From Guillardia theta CCMP2712 (lineage: Eukaryota; Protista; Cryptophyta), in NCBI RefSeq assembly GCF_000315625.1, contig NW_005434587.1, positions 124,001 to 188,000 of the forward strand: DNA of 64,000 bases, read 5' to 3'. The translations under genes and the position numbers were made by a program. Shown one piece after another: positions 12,690-24,047 of the stretch. The notes beneath the pieces were generated by a model. It was not told the DNA's origin. It ran no database searches and was given only the letters and a program-made list of their open reading frames with translations. Position 1 is the first letter of the stretch; each line of letters begins with the position of its first letter.

Positions 12690-15369
12690 TCAGCTGTACT
12701 TCTTCACAAACATCTCGTGGTGTCTGCGGAAGTGCGACATGGCTGTCTTCAGCTTGTCCTCTGCTGGCAGGAAGGTCAGTCGGATGTGGTTGGGCCCATC
12801 GAAGCCGCTGCCGGGGACAGCGCAGATGCCGGTGTTCTCGAGGAGCGAGAGAGCGTAGAAGGTATCGGGAGCATGCTTCGCGCCCTCAGCCGCTGCGATG
12901 GCCTTGGGCGGCAGGTCGAGCTTGGGGAAGGCGTACATGGCGCCCTTGAGTGGCTGGCAGGAGACACCAGCGATCTCGTTGAGACTTTCATGGAGGAAGA
13001 TGCTCTTCCTCTTCAAGCTGTCGAAGATTGCGCTCCTCTCCCTCGTGAAGTCCTCGTACGACTCGTCGCCAGGCAAGGGAGGACGGATCATGAGGTCGAC
13101 CATCACTTGCCCGTCGATGTTGGAGCAGAGTCCGGAGGAGGCGAGCTTGTAGATCTGAGCCTGAACCTCCGGGTCAAAACCGCACAACTCCATGTAGCCC
13201 CCGCGCCTCCCGCACTCCCCGATTATTCCCTTGGATGTCGAGTGGAAGGAGACGAACTCAAAGCCGGAGAACTCGGGCCCGAGGTCCCGGACGACCTTCT
13301 TGAGCGACACGAAGGGGCGATCAGCATAGATGTTCTCCTGGTACACCTCGTCCGCAAGCAGCACAAGGCCTTCAGCCTTGCAGAGCTTGACCAGGTCGAC
13401 AAGATTGTCGTAGCTCAGGCAGTTGCCGACGGGGTTGCCGGGGTTGATGAGCACGAGGGCCTTGGGTTTGGCTCCTTGCACTCTCGCCTCGCGGATCTTC
13501 TCCATGAGCTCGTCGATGTTGAGAGCCCAGCCCTTGGACTCGTCAAGGCTGTAACCTACCTGCGTCCCGTTGAGCAGCTTGATCAGCGCGCTGTAGATGG
13601 GATACTGGGGCAGTGGCACTAGAATCGCGTCTGTGGGTTCCGCTATGATCGTGGTGAGGATCATTTGAATGCCACTTGATGCCCCGTTGGTGAGGAAGAT
13701 ATCTCCTACCTGCGCAGGATGCCCGTCCCTTCCCTTGATGAACTCTGCTACATGCTTCCTGATCCCTTCGATGCCCTGGCTGTGAGAGTAGGCTCCAGTT
13801 CCTCCCTTGATCAGACCGATCAGTTCCTTCGCCCTCTTGATCACATCCGGCTTGAACAACTTCTCCACTCCCTCCCTCTCAAGCAGCATCGGGCAGTCCA
13901 CCAGCGCAAGGACCTGAGGCCATATCATACCCTGACACATCTGCAGAGGACTATACCTCTCTGTAGAAGGTGATCGGCTTTTGTCCCACAGAATGAGGGT
14001 TGCCAATGTTACAATACAGAACCTGGTAAAGAAAGGAGTCAAACAATCGTGGACATGATGGAAGATACTCAAAGTCAACACGAGGTACCTCCTTGAACGG
14101 CTTCGAGGTGTCTCCGTTAAGAATCTCTTTCTGAATGCGCTCAGCTGTGATGGGCACGAGGCCACGGACTGCATACTGCATCTCCACCAAGTTCTGGTTG
14201 ATGTTCTTCTTTGTGAGCACCTTCCCAGACGACTGCAAGTACTGCATCTTCCACAGCGCAAGGTCGGCATAGTGCGTATCCTTCGGAGACAGCGCCTGCT
14301 CTCTTGTGACTTGATCGGTCATCCTTGCTTTCAGCCGATTCCAGATCGTGGCAGCTCCACCAGCCTCTTGCAGGTAAGACTGCATGAAATCCGTTGCCGC
14401 AATCCTTAGCAGAGTGCAGTTGGAGAGGGCACGTGCGGAGAGGGAGGTAGCGATTCCTTTGATGAAGACTGATTCTTCGTGGAAGAATGCGTCTTCTCCT
14501 GGGGTAACTGAAGCATTCAAACCCAGCCCTTCGTGAAATGCCTCAACTGAGCCTTCAAGAACGATGTAGAAGCACTCGTACTCCTCTCCATCGATAGTCT
14601 TGGCTTTATCCGGAATAGTTTCGCCCTCATTGAAAGCAACTTTCTCCCCCAGGAACATCATCAGCGCTCTTTCTTCGGGATGAAAGGCTTGCAGCTCCTG
14701 CTCGGTGAGTTTGGTTTGTAAGGGGTCGTGAAGGATTTCATACATCTTCTCACTGAGCAACAGTGAACGATGCTCGATGGCCTGTTTGAATTCGTCCAGG
14801 TCAATAGCTCCAGTTTTCTTGACATCAACAGCATAGAAAACTTTTTCGGCCTGACTCAAAATCTTCTCATCGTCAAAAGATTTCAATTCAGGATCCAGTC
14901 GAGAGACGTGCATGTAAAATTCGATGAACTCGTTTTTCTTCAGGACACCGTCTCCGTCGGAATCCCAAAGCCTGAATTCAAACTCATCCATCGCGCTCTC
15001 GTTGCCTCGAAGCAGCACTGACAGACAGGTGGCTACTTCTTTGAAGTTGATCAAGCCATCTTTGTCAGTATCCGATACGGAAAAACATTTCTCAATGAAC
15101 ACAGCGTCCTGGAGCCCATTCAGTTTCATAAATTCTGAAAAGTCGGCCTAATAAACCACAAAAATCATCCACGAGCAATTGAAACCGAACGAATTCTCAC
15201 AAGATTCATTCTCCCGTCCCCTCCTCCATTTCGCTTGAATTGCGCATACAGGGACTGAAAACAGCGATCAAACCATCATCCCTCCCTGCTGCTCCTGGCA
15301 TACCTCTAGCTCGTTCTTCCCGAATTCCGTCTGACTCAGGAGGTCTATCAAGGTCTTCTTATCAAACAT
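12690..15369 (-). CDS. Fusion protein: NCS/calcineurin-B-like EF-hand domain + cyclic-nucleotide-binding-like domain + alanine (or glutamate:glyoxylate) aminotransferase
   Basis: EF loops DTDKDGLINFKE, DSDGDGVLKKNE and DVKKTGAIDLDE. CNB-like segment FYIVLEGSVEA...SARALSNCTLLRI. AlaAT motifs MQYAVRG, CNIGNP, GAYSHSQG, LINPGNPVG, LADEVYQEN and SFHSTSKG (PLP lysine). In-frame introns 15255-15303, 15148-15200, 14023-14088 and 13914-13956. Confidence 0.92.
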
Positions 15370-16579
15370 GGCAGCCTTTGTTCCTACGCATGGAACGTGA
15401 AAATTGATTTCAGGAAAAAGAACAGATCAGTGCAAGATGTCGGTCATGTGCATGCGAAATCAGAGCGAAAGGCGTGAGGCTCTTAAGGAAAGCATCACAC
15501 CAAGTGAAACGAGAAGGTCTACAGACAGTTATCGTGAGAGGATAATGTGTCAACGATGGATAATTTCTATGAGCCGGGACAAAGGATGCCAGAAGTGCAT
15601 GTTCGTAAGAGATTGACATGAAAAAGGAGGGAGGCATCAAGTTAGTATGAAGGAAATATTGAACATGATGGAAGCCCAGAGGTCGCGATGGATTGAGATA
15701 CGGAGAATTCACAACTATAGTGTACGGAAGGCAGCCGGGAAAATTGATGAGGGTGAGGAGGGGGGATGAGATGAGACGAGACGAAGACGGCAGGGGAACT
15801 AAGACGAGGTAGCAGGGAAGGGACTTTCTTGCCATGACATTATTGAAGGCGGGAGAGGAATGGCGGAGAGGGAGGGCGTAAGGGGGAGGACAAGGACACA
15901 GCGGGGGAATCGCCATGATTCCTAAAACAATCTAGAGAAAGGGGGTGGGGGTGAAATTATGATGGGTAGGGGTCACTACCCCTGGGATAATTTTGAGGAG
16001 ATTTGAGAGTGAAGAATTGGGCAATTCAAGGGTGATATGATCGCGTGTGGGGTGGGGGTTCTACATTGGTGGTTGTCGTACAACCAAAGGGGCGCAGTCC
16101 ATGACCGGTGATACCACAACACTACCCCTGTATTGACCTGACAGTTGTCTATGTTGATAGGGGTACTCCAAGGCTTTTTCAACGGTCAATATCATCCTGG
16201 TAGGGTACAAGCAGCAAAAATGATCCTGCGAGGCGGGGGGGGGGAGGGTGATTGGGAAACCAGGGCTGAGCCAAGGACCCTACCTGGCGATTTGATACCT
16301 TTGATAGAGAAAACCACGGGTGATCAGTTCCTGGATGGGGTGCCGGGCCGACGGTGTCATTGTTCGAGATGGGTGGGGTGGTCTATGCCGCAGTGCCGCC
16401 CGCTGACTCAGTCGGACTCAGTCACCGGGAAGAACATGATTGGCGCCGGCGAGTCACGCCGGGCGCGGGCCCGCCCGGGAAGACAGCAGGCCCGAAAAAT
16501 GAACGGAAGTTGCCCTGAATCAGATAAATGTGGAGCCGGGGCGGCCCGTGGTTCCTCGTCAGAAGGTCGTGAATAGATG

Positions 16580-17438
16580 AACACAGTATGATGACGTTGG
16601 AGGTGTAAAAGAACGATGCCCGGCGTTCAGCGGGTGCACTGCCACCTGAACAGAGGGCGTTTGGGAACGTGATCACCGTGGTCGGAGAGACGGTGGACAA
16701 AGACGGCGCGTACGTTCACGGCCCCATGCGGAACCTCTGACTGAACTCAGTGATGGGGAACATGGTCAAGCCCAAGAAGTCCTATGCAATGCCTTATTGT
16801 TGCGGGGGTGACGAGGATACAGGGTTCCGGGTCATCCCAAACATGAGGCTTGGTACCAACCGGGAGATAGAGCCCGACACTGCCTTTGCAGAGATAGCGA
16901 AGAAACTCAACATAATACACTACGACGAGCCATTGCCGCTGCTGCTGCTGCTCTCGACCTTCGCATCCGACAACACGGATGTGATAGTAATTTCAAGGAC
17001 GTGAGGGCCTCTGACATCACACAGATGCTGTCCTCCCCACAGGGCCCGCATGTATGGCTTCTCAATGCTTGCAAGCAACTCAGCCCATTCGGATCCTGTG
17101 TCGGCATCTTGGATATCTACGGAAATGCAGTATCCATGTACAAAAACTCCCTGTCATCCGTTGTCGACAAGATTCGCGTACATGGTTACATAGCAAAGAA
17201 CAGGGCAATCGGCATCTATTGCAGCCGGGAGGTAATATCACGGGAGGCCTTGTCACCCATGAATGTTAGATCTATCTATGGATGCGATCTGTTTGTTGAG
17301 TCGGTCAACGGTCTCTTGATTGCCCCCCATGAGAGACTTCTTCTGGTATTTCAGAGAGTTTATCATTTTGTAAAGGTATTCCGTGCTTGTCCGGGCCCGG
17401 GGCTGGAAACCGCCCCGGCCTCACAACCGGTCAGTTGA
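16580..17438 (+). pseudogene. Broken ORF stretch of unknown origin between GC-rich motif clusters
   Basis: Protein-like ORFs 16750-17004 and 17001-17438 in different frames, plus an upstream in-frame segment cut by a stop. No family recognised. Confidence 0.2.
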
Positions 17439-17461
17439 CTCAGTGAGTCAATAAAACCTGT

Positions 17462-20400
17462 TCAAACTGCCAAGTAGCTGCAAAGCACCCGATAGGTACT
17501 GGAACATGGGACGTCGTACCACAAGGAATCGCGTAGGAGCACACAGAGATCGTTCCAATTGCCGTCATTGGGTCCCCCATCCGCCCATCTCGTGAAAGAA
17601 GGCGGTCCATTCGTCACCCACTTGAAGTCGTACTGGGGTCCTGCTGAGTGTTGAAGTCCGATCCAGTTATCAGATGATATCCCAAGACCTGCGATCACCT
17701 CGTCGTGTGTTTGTCCATCTGGGAAGTAGGCGACTTGCCCTCCTCCTCCGCCTATCTGATTACACTTTGCCTCCGCGTCTGAAAAGTTCATCCAAGTATC
17801 GGGATAGTAGACGTAGAGGTAGACGCCTGACTGCATGCAAGGCACTCCGCTCTCAGTGACCTCCGAGCACGTCTGAGTCAACGGTGACGTCATGCTGCAG
17901 TCCGATGCTGAAGAGCTCGCGCATGGCACCACGACAGAGAAGTCCTTCAGCCCCCAGAACGTCTTGACGCTTGACTCCCAGTAGACATAGTCCACTTGGA
18001 CCTCCGCCTCCACGTAGCCTTCCGTGTGATACAAGCGCATCGAAGGATTGATCATCGCGTCTCCTTGGCTCTGGCCGCACTCTGACGTTGACGATGGAGA
18101 AATTGCCGATATCGTCTGGTTCCATACCTCCTGTCGGTTCACAAACAGACGCACCATCACTGGCTGAGCAAAGTCGATTAGTAGCACTTGCATCCTGATG
18201 TACAAGAAGCCATGCGGGCACAAGCCTGTGAAAGTCTTGCCCACCCTCGAGTACTCGGCCAGCTCGTTGAGCCCTCCCAGCACTGATCCGTACCTCCCGC
18301 AGCTTGTGATCTGCTCGGTGCCCTTCCATCCCATGGTTCCATTCCTCCCGAAGTCTTGGTCGGCCATCTTCATCCTCTTAGCGTACGTGCCGCTCGAGCA
18401 AGGGCTGCACTCTTGCGAGGCGTTGAAGAAGTACCCTGCAGAACAAGGAGACTTCAGTCAGCGCTCCCGGCGACATGCGCCAGCCACGTCACCAGAGTCA
18501 CAGATACAGCTTGATCGACCCTGAGCCTGCCAGGAGGAGGAACTGTTGGCCGGGCAGGACAAGCAACTGCCTGTGTTGCCTGCATGGGAACGTGAGATGT
18601 GGCGAATAGTGGGAGGAGGAACAAGCTCCAAGGGTAGGGGGAGGATGTAGGTGCTTACCATACTGGTTGTCTGCACATGTGCATCGACATATTCTGACGT
18701 TGGTAGAGCTAGTTGCGCTACAAGAGCCGCGTGAGCCGTAACGGAGGAAAGCTTGTCCTGTCTCATGATTGTAGGAGGGAGCGTCCAGGTTGCTGGTGCC
18801 AACGATCTCGCCTGTGAACGGCACACTGAAGAAAGTAGACAGGCTACGCAGATCTGCATTGCTGAGCAAGGGCTGAGCCTCATCCATGCACACGAGGCTC
18901 TTGGACGCGCAGACCTCTGAGCAAGACATTCCCACACTCTCTGCAAGAAACATTTCGTCGACGATCGCTTCGCACTTGTCTGTCGGCGACGTGACCTGCC
19001 TGCTGTATCCAGTCGCTTTCACCCCGAAGCCTGCGAGACAGAAGCAGTCTTCGATCGACGTGCTTCCCGGTGTCGATGTGCTCAAAGCCGGACAGGACGA
19101 GCAGTTTCCAGCTGATCCGTAGCTGCCTGCATCCCTCACTGGTGATGACTCGACGCGGGCTTGCAAGCGTCCCTCACCTGGCTTGCACATGCAATCCTCA
19201 ACAGACGAGCTCGCGAAGGGCGACATGAGGCCTGACGGGCAGGACGAGCAGGAGGGGCCCTGATCAAGGTAGAAACCTACGCGCCAGCTGCCCGTCAGTC
19301 TCTGCACAAGCAAGCACAACACCTACCGCCCCAGCACCGGCACTCGTTGATGGCAGAGCTGCCGGAAGGCGACCATGCATGGACGGGGCATGAATGGCAG
19401 GAGCCCTGAGGGCCCCAGGCAGGGACCGTCGAGTTGACATACAGGTAGCGTCCTAAGGGCAGCAGCAAGCAGCGTAAGACGCCTCTTACCATCCCTCGCG
19501 AGACTCGAGGGAAGCGAGCCTACCTTGATCGCAGGAACAATCGTGGATGGAAGAGCTGCCGGGTGGCGACAGCGAGTAGAAGGGACAGCGAATACACGCG
19601 TCGGCATGACCTGCAGTGCGAGCATCTCGAGCGTCAAACGCCCGCACAAGGCATGTTAGGCGGTACCGTAGAAGTTCTCCAGGCATGGCGCAGAGCACAC
19701 GCACACGCGACTCGCTCCATTGAAGCTCGCGTCGCATGTAGAATGATAGCCTTTTGCTGGAAAGAAACATTCCGATGCTGACACGAAGGGAGCAAAACCG
19801 TTGAGAGCGGGAAAGACCTTGTCGCAGGAGACGTTGAGAGTCTGGTTGTAGAGAACATCGCTACCATCAGACAGCATGTGCATGAGGTGACTTGATACGG
19901 CTCTTAGCTCATCCTCTCGCAACGCTCCCTGCCAGATCGCCACTTCACTCAACGCCCAGTCTGAGCTCTCGAGGAAGAAACGGTGGTAAAAATCCCATGT
20001 GTTGTAATTGATGGTGAGCTGCAGACTACTGGAAAGGCTTGCAGCTGATTGTTGATACTCGACACCATTGAGGAAGAACTTTCCTTCCTGGTAATTTTGT
20101 CCGCACAGAACCACCCACGCTTCTGCTGTCGGGCTCAAGTCCTGCGCAAGATTCCACGTACCGTTATAGGAAGCTTGTTCGCGTCCTCCGTTCCGATGGC
20201 CGTGATAGAAGTTCGCTTCTGCTGCCTGCAGAATTCTATTTCTGAAATTGTCGTTGTAGCGAGAGATAGAGCAGAGAGTGAAGAAGGGGCCTGGGATGCT
20301 CATGGGAGGGAAGGTGACGACATCCTGGAATGAACCATTGACGTACTTGAGCTTGCCGTCCGACATGGGCCTCAGAGGCTCCTCGGTCTCGTCCTCCAGC

Positions 20401-23120
20401 TGCCCAACCGAGATCCGCCACGTCGAACGACCGTTGTAAGATATTGAGGAATAGCTGATGGCGATAGGACCGATTTGACCACCGCCGTCAGCCAGAGCTT
20501 CTTGGAGAGGAGCTCTGATCCTGCAGTTCAGAGATTGCAAGGGGATCCTACTCCACATCATAGGGTCCTCGATTTGAGGCACATCACTCATACACGCACC
20601 TCTCCATCCTGACAAGTCTACCAATGAGAATGCTTCTGTGTTATCTCCGCTGCTGGAACCTTCGACTGTCACGCTAATATCGATCATCCTGGAGCTCGAA
20701 AGCTCTACCGGCAAGTCCACATAGAACTCTTGCGTGATTGAGCAGCAGATACTTTCCGCTTTGGGTACCAGAGGGAAGCTCGTTGCCCCATACTCAACGT
20801 AACGTTGGCGCCTGACGTGCCCGCTGTTCGCTGTCAGGTCCTGCAGTCCATCGTCTTCTGGCTTGCGAGCTCCTGCGCTCATCCGAAAGTGAAGACCTTC
20901 CGGCCTTTTCTGCGGCTCCGTCATCGCTGCACGGATCCTCCGGTCTGACGCGATGCTCGCCGCCTTCACAGCCGAGCGAATCGCCTCCTCGTCGTCAATC
21001 TGGTTGATGGCTGAGCTCACGCACGTCTTGCCTTCTGCTGCGCACGTTGCAGTGCAGGACATGCCCGATGCTCCGAGCCTGAGCCAGCGCGTCTGCTCCT
21101 CGACGTTTGAGAAGATGGGCTTGCAGCTGTCGCCAGCGTTCGAGATGCTCCCGGAAAAGCCTGCGAACGAGCCTTGTCAGCTTGCGCACGAGCTTCCTGC
21201 CCCTCACCAAACTGACACTTGCAGTCCGTCACCAGCTGGCTGCCGAAGGCTGACGAAGAGCCAGCGGGGCAAGGGTTGCAACCGCTGTCTGCTGACCCGT
21301 AGTAGCTAGGCGCGCACAAGCTGCATGACGTTTGACCGAGGCCGGAGGTGTAGAGCCCAGCAGAGCATGCGACGCAAGAGCTCGAGGGCGATGTCACGTC
21401 GAGGTAGAATCCTGCCGCCCCACAAGATGACGTCAGATGGTTTGCAGTCTCCTTACCCTCTTCCTTTCACCTTCTTTGCACAAGCACTGGAAGCTTCCTT
21501 CTGTGTTGACGCACATCGTCGTCGCATCGCACAACCCTGTCCGCTTCACGCACTCGTTCTCGTCCTCGCACACGGTCCCGGACCCCACGTAGCCTGTTTC
21601 TCCCGTCAATGACTCTGATGCATGCTCGCTTGCAAGCTGTGGCGTACCTGGCTGGCAGCTGCATTCGAAGCTCGCGTACGTGTCGAAGCAGCTTGCGTGC
21701 GTCGCACAATTGTCTGTGTTCATAGCGCACTCGTTCATCAAGGTATAGTTGCAGCCCGACGCTCCCGTACACGCTTGGAAGATCCTCGGCTTCGAACCTG
21801 TCTCGCACATCCCGTCCTCCACCTCCACCCCGTCCGACCGCACGCACATCACCGACCGGTATTGCAAGCCGGAACCGCAGGTGCTGGAGCATGCTTCCCA
21901 AGAAGAGCTGGCCCAGCGGTAGGAGCAGAAGGAGAAGTTGGAGCAAGGCTGCTCACAACGTCAGCCGCATGCCCCTCCCCCTCTTTCATCAGCTCGTGTT
22001 TTACCTCCTCTTGCACTGGAGCCGATCCCAAACACTTCACAATCTCTACCACTACGCCGTCGCTCCTCCGGCATGAGACCGAGCGACGTCGTGAACCTTG
22101 ACCGCAGCCCGTGAGACACTCACTATAGGCGCCGACCTCCCACTCAAAGGAGCACTGGGAGTAGTTGGCGCAGGGAACCTCCGCGAAGGGCTTCGAGCGG
22201 TTGGAGCACCTGAAGTCCTCGACCTGCTCCAGCAGCTTGGAGATGCAAGTTATGCTTCTCTTCGCTACCCCGCTACCGCACAGGCTGCTACACTGGCTGA
22301 AGCTGCCGGCGCTCCATAGGTAGCCGGGCTCAAGGTAGTACTGGTCCAGCAGCTGCTGCACTTGCTGGCTGGTCATGCAGGACCCCCCGCATCCACCCGA
22401 GCGAATCTCCTGCTCGAGGACCTTTAGCTTTGCCAGGATGTTGGAGATAGCGAGGTCCGGCTGGAAAGGCCCTTGCTATAGACGCAGGGAAGGTTAGTAG
22501 AGGAGCAGAGGGTATCAAGATGAGCAGTTCGGACCTGAGTCAAGAGGAGCTCGGAGTCCAGACCCCACGGGAGGAAAATCTCCTTCACCTCGTCGAAAAC
22601 AAAACACAAGGCATCTCCCTCCTGCTGGACACAGCGGTTGTCGTAGTCGCAGACCCAGACCTCGTATCTAGCCGCAAGTGCATCAGTCTACTAGCTAAAG
22701 ACAGAGCAGGAGCAGCACGCACTTGTCTATTTGCATGAGATGTCCTAGGCCGCCGATCTGGACTCTCCCTTCCTCTTCTTTGTTGATGATCTGAGACCAG
22801 TTGTAAGGGAGGGAACAGCGAACTACGCTGGAAGTCAGGTTGCCCCAGGGCAGCTGTGGCAGGGAGGAGACGGAAGTGTTGAGGGACCGGAGCTCGTCGA
22901 GGGTAGCGGAGAGGTTCTGCTTGATGCTTCGGATCTCCCACTCCAGTGCTCTCAGCGTCATTTGCTCAGGATGTTGTGTGAGAGTCGATGAGACAGCTGA
23001 AGGGAGGCAGAGGAAGAAGGCGAGGGGAAGGAGCTTGGACAGGAGGATCCTGATGGAGAGGTGGGAGGGGCCGGGTCGTTCAAGCATGACCAGCTTGATG
23101 CAAGCGCGTGAGATGCCCAT
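17462..23120 (-). CDS. Large secreted multidomain protein: signal peptide, coiled coil, 3x TSP1 (ADAMTS-type), 2x Ca-binding EGF, Cys-rich (GCC2/GCC3-like) repeats, ConA/LamG-like domain, C-terminal C-type lectin
   Basis: Signal LLPLAFFLCLPSAVSS. TSP1 segments WSAGSFSQCSSLCGSG, WEVGAYSECLTGCGQG and WEACSSTCGSG. EGF segments NECAMNTDNC..CFDTYASFECSC and DENEC..CVNTEGSFQC. Repeats of the form CxxCPxxSxSxxGSxxIxDCxC. CTL segment WIGL...FTRWADGGPND..DLCV..WYDVPC. Many short introns. Confidence 0.85.
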
Positions 23121-23364
23121 TGTCCGGTTTTAGCTCGACAGGACCCCACCCTCGTTGACACATACACGTCAACTCCCGTATTTTGAAAAGTGTCCATGTG
23201 AAGGGCCCCACCCCCCTTGTCAGTGTGCCGTTCCTCTAGACGTTTCCTCCTACCGGTACTACCACGCTGCAAGATTCTTATACCCCCCACCCCCACCTCT
23301 ACCATCGGCTCATGTCATAGTCATCCATCGCGTTTCGTTGAACCAGCTCGGGATCTCCTTTACC

Positions 23365-23529
23365 ACCCCCCATGGCAAGCCTATGACTGAGTCAACCCCT
23401 CCTCAGGCCATAATCAACCCCCTCCTCACCCCCATGGCAAGCCTATAGTCAACCCCCTCCTCACCCCCATGGCAAGCCTATAGTCAACCCCCTCCTCACC
23501 CCCATCACGGCAAGCCTATATTCAACCCT
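23365..23529. repeat. Tandem ~35-bp minisatellite (about 4 imperfect copies)
   Basis: Unit tcaaccccctcctcacccccatggcaagcctatag repeated head-to-tail with no unique spacers. Confidence 0.9.
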
Positions 23530-23721
23530 AGGGAGGTACTACTACTGGGACTGCGCGGGCTACGAGACTCTCTCGGCCCAACTCTCAGTCCGACTGAGTC
23601 CGGTGCGGCGGCCAACGCGACATCGCTGGCATGGCCGTGCGGCGGGGGACTTGTCCAGTGGGCGCCGTTAAGTGAAGGTATCAGTTAAGTTTGGGGGACA
23701 GCAGTCGGCAGGATTGGGGTT

Positions 23722-23870
23722 GGTTCTCGCTGTCTTTTTCTTCTCGCCGTTTGGCATGTGCGACAGTGTCAGGGTGCCAAGCCTCCTCGACTCTCCTAAT
23801 TGTCCTCGTACTGATTTTTAACTGCCTTCACTTTGAGTAAAGTTAGTCCGGTCACTTCTTTACTCAAAGT
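23722..23870 (+). repeat. Dispersed non-coding repeat, copy 1, with terminal 13-bp hairpin
   Basis: ggttctcgctgtcttt..ttctcgccgtttggc..gtcctcgtactgatttttaact..actttgagtaaa closely matches 39601-39715. Hairpin arms actttgagtaaag (23830-23842) and ctttactcaaagt (23858-23870). Confidence 0.85.
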
Positions 23871-24047
23871 CCGGTCAGTCCGACTGACTCGGAGGTGAGT
23901 CCGGGCTGACGGAGTCACATCACGTGACGCGGTCCTCTCAGGCGCCGCCGCGCCAGGGCCCCCGGCCCGCCGCGCCAGCCCGGCCGCCGGGGTGATCGGA
24001 ACCGAACCAAACCGTCGAATTGAACCGATTGACTGTGTTATTCTGTT

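Noticed and set aside
12675-13622. 315-aa plus-strand ORF
   Set aside because: It is an antisense shadow of the aminotransferase exon with no motifs of its own.
23365-23529. 35-bp repeats as a CRISPR array
   Set aside because: The units are directly tandem with no unique spacers, there are no cas genes and the context is eukaryotic.
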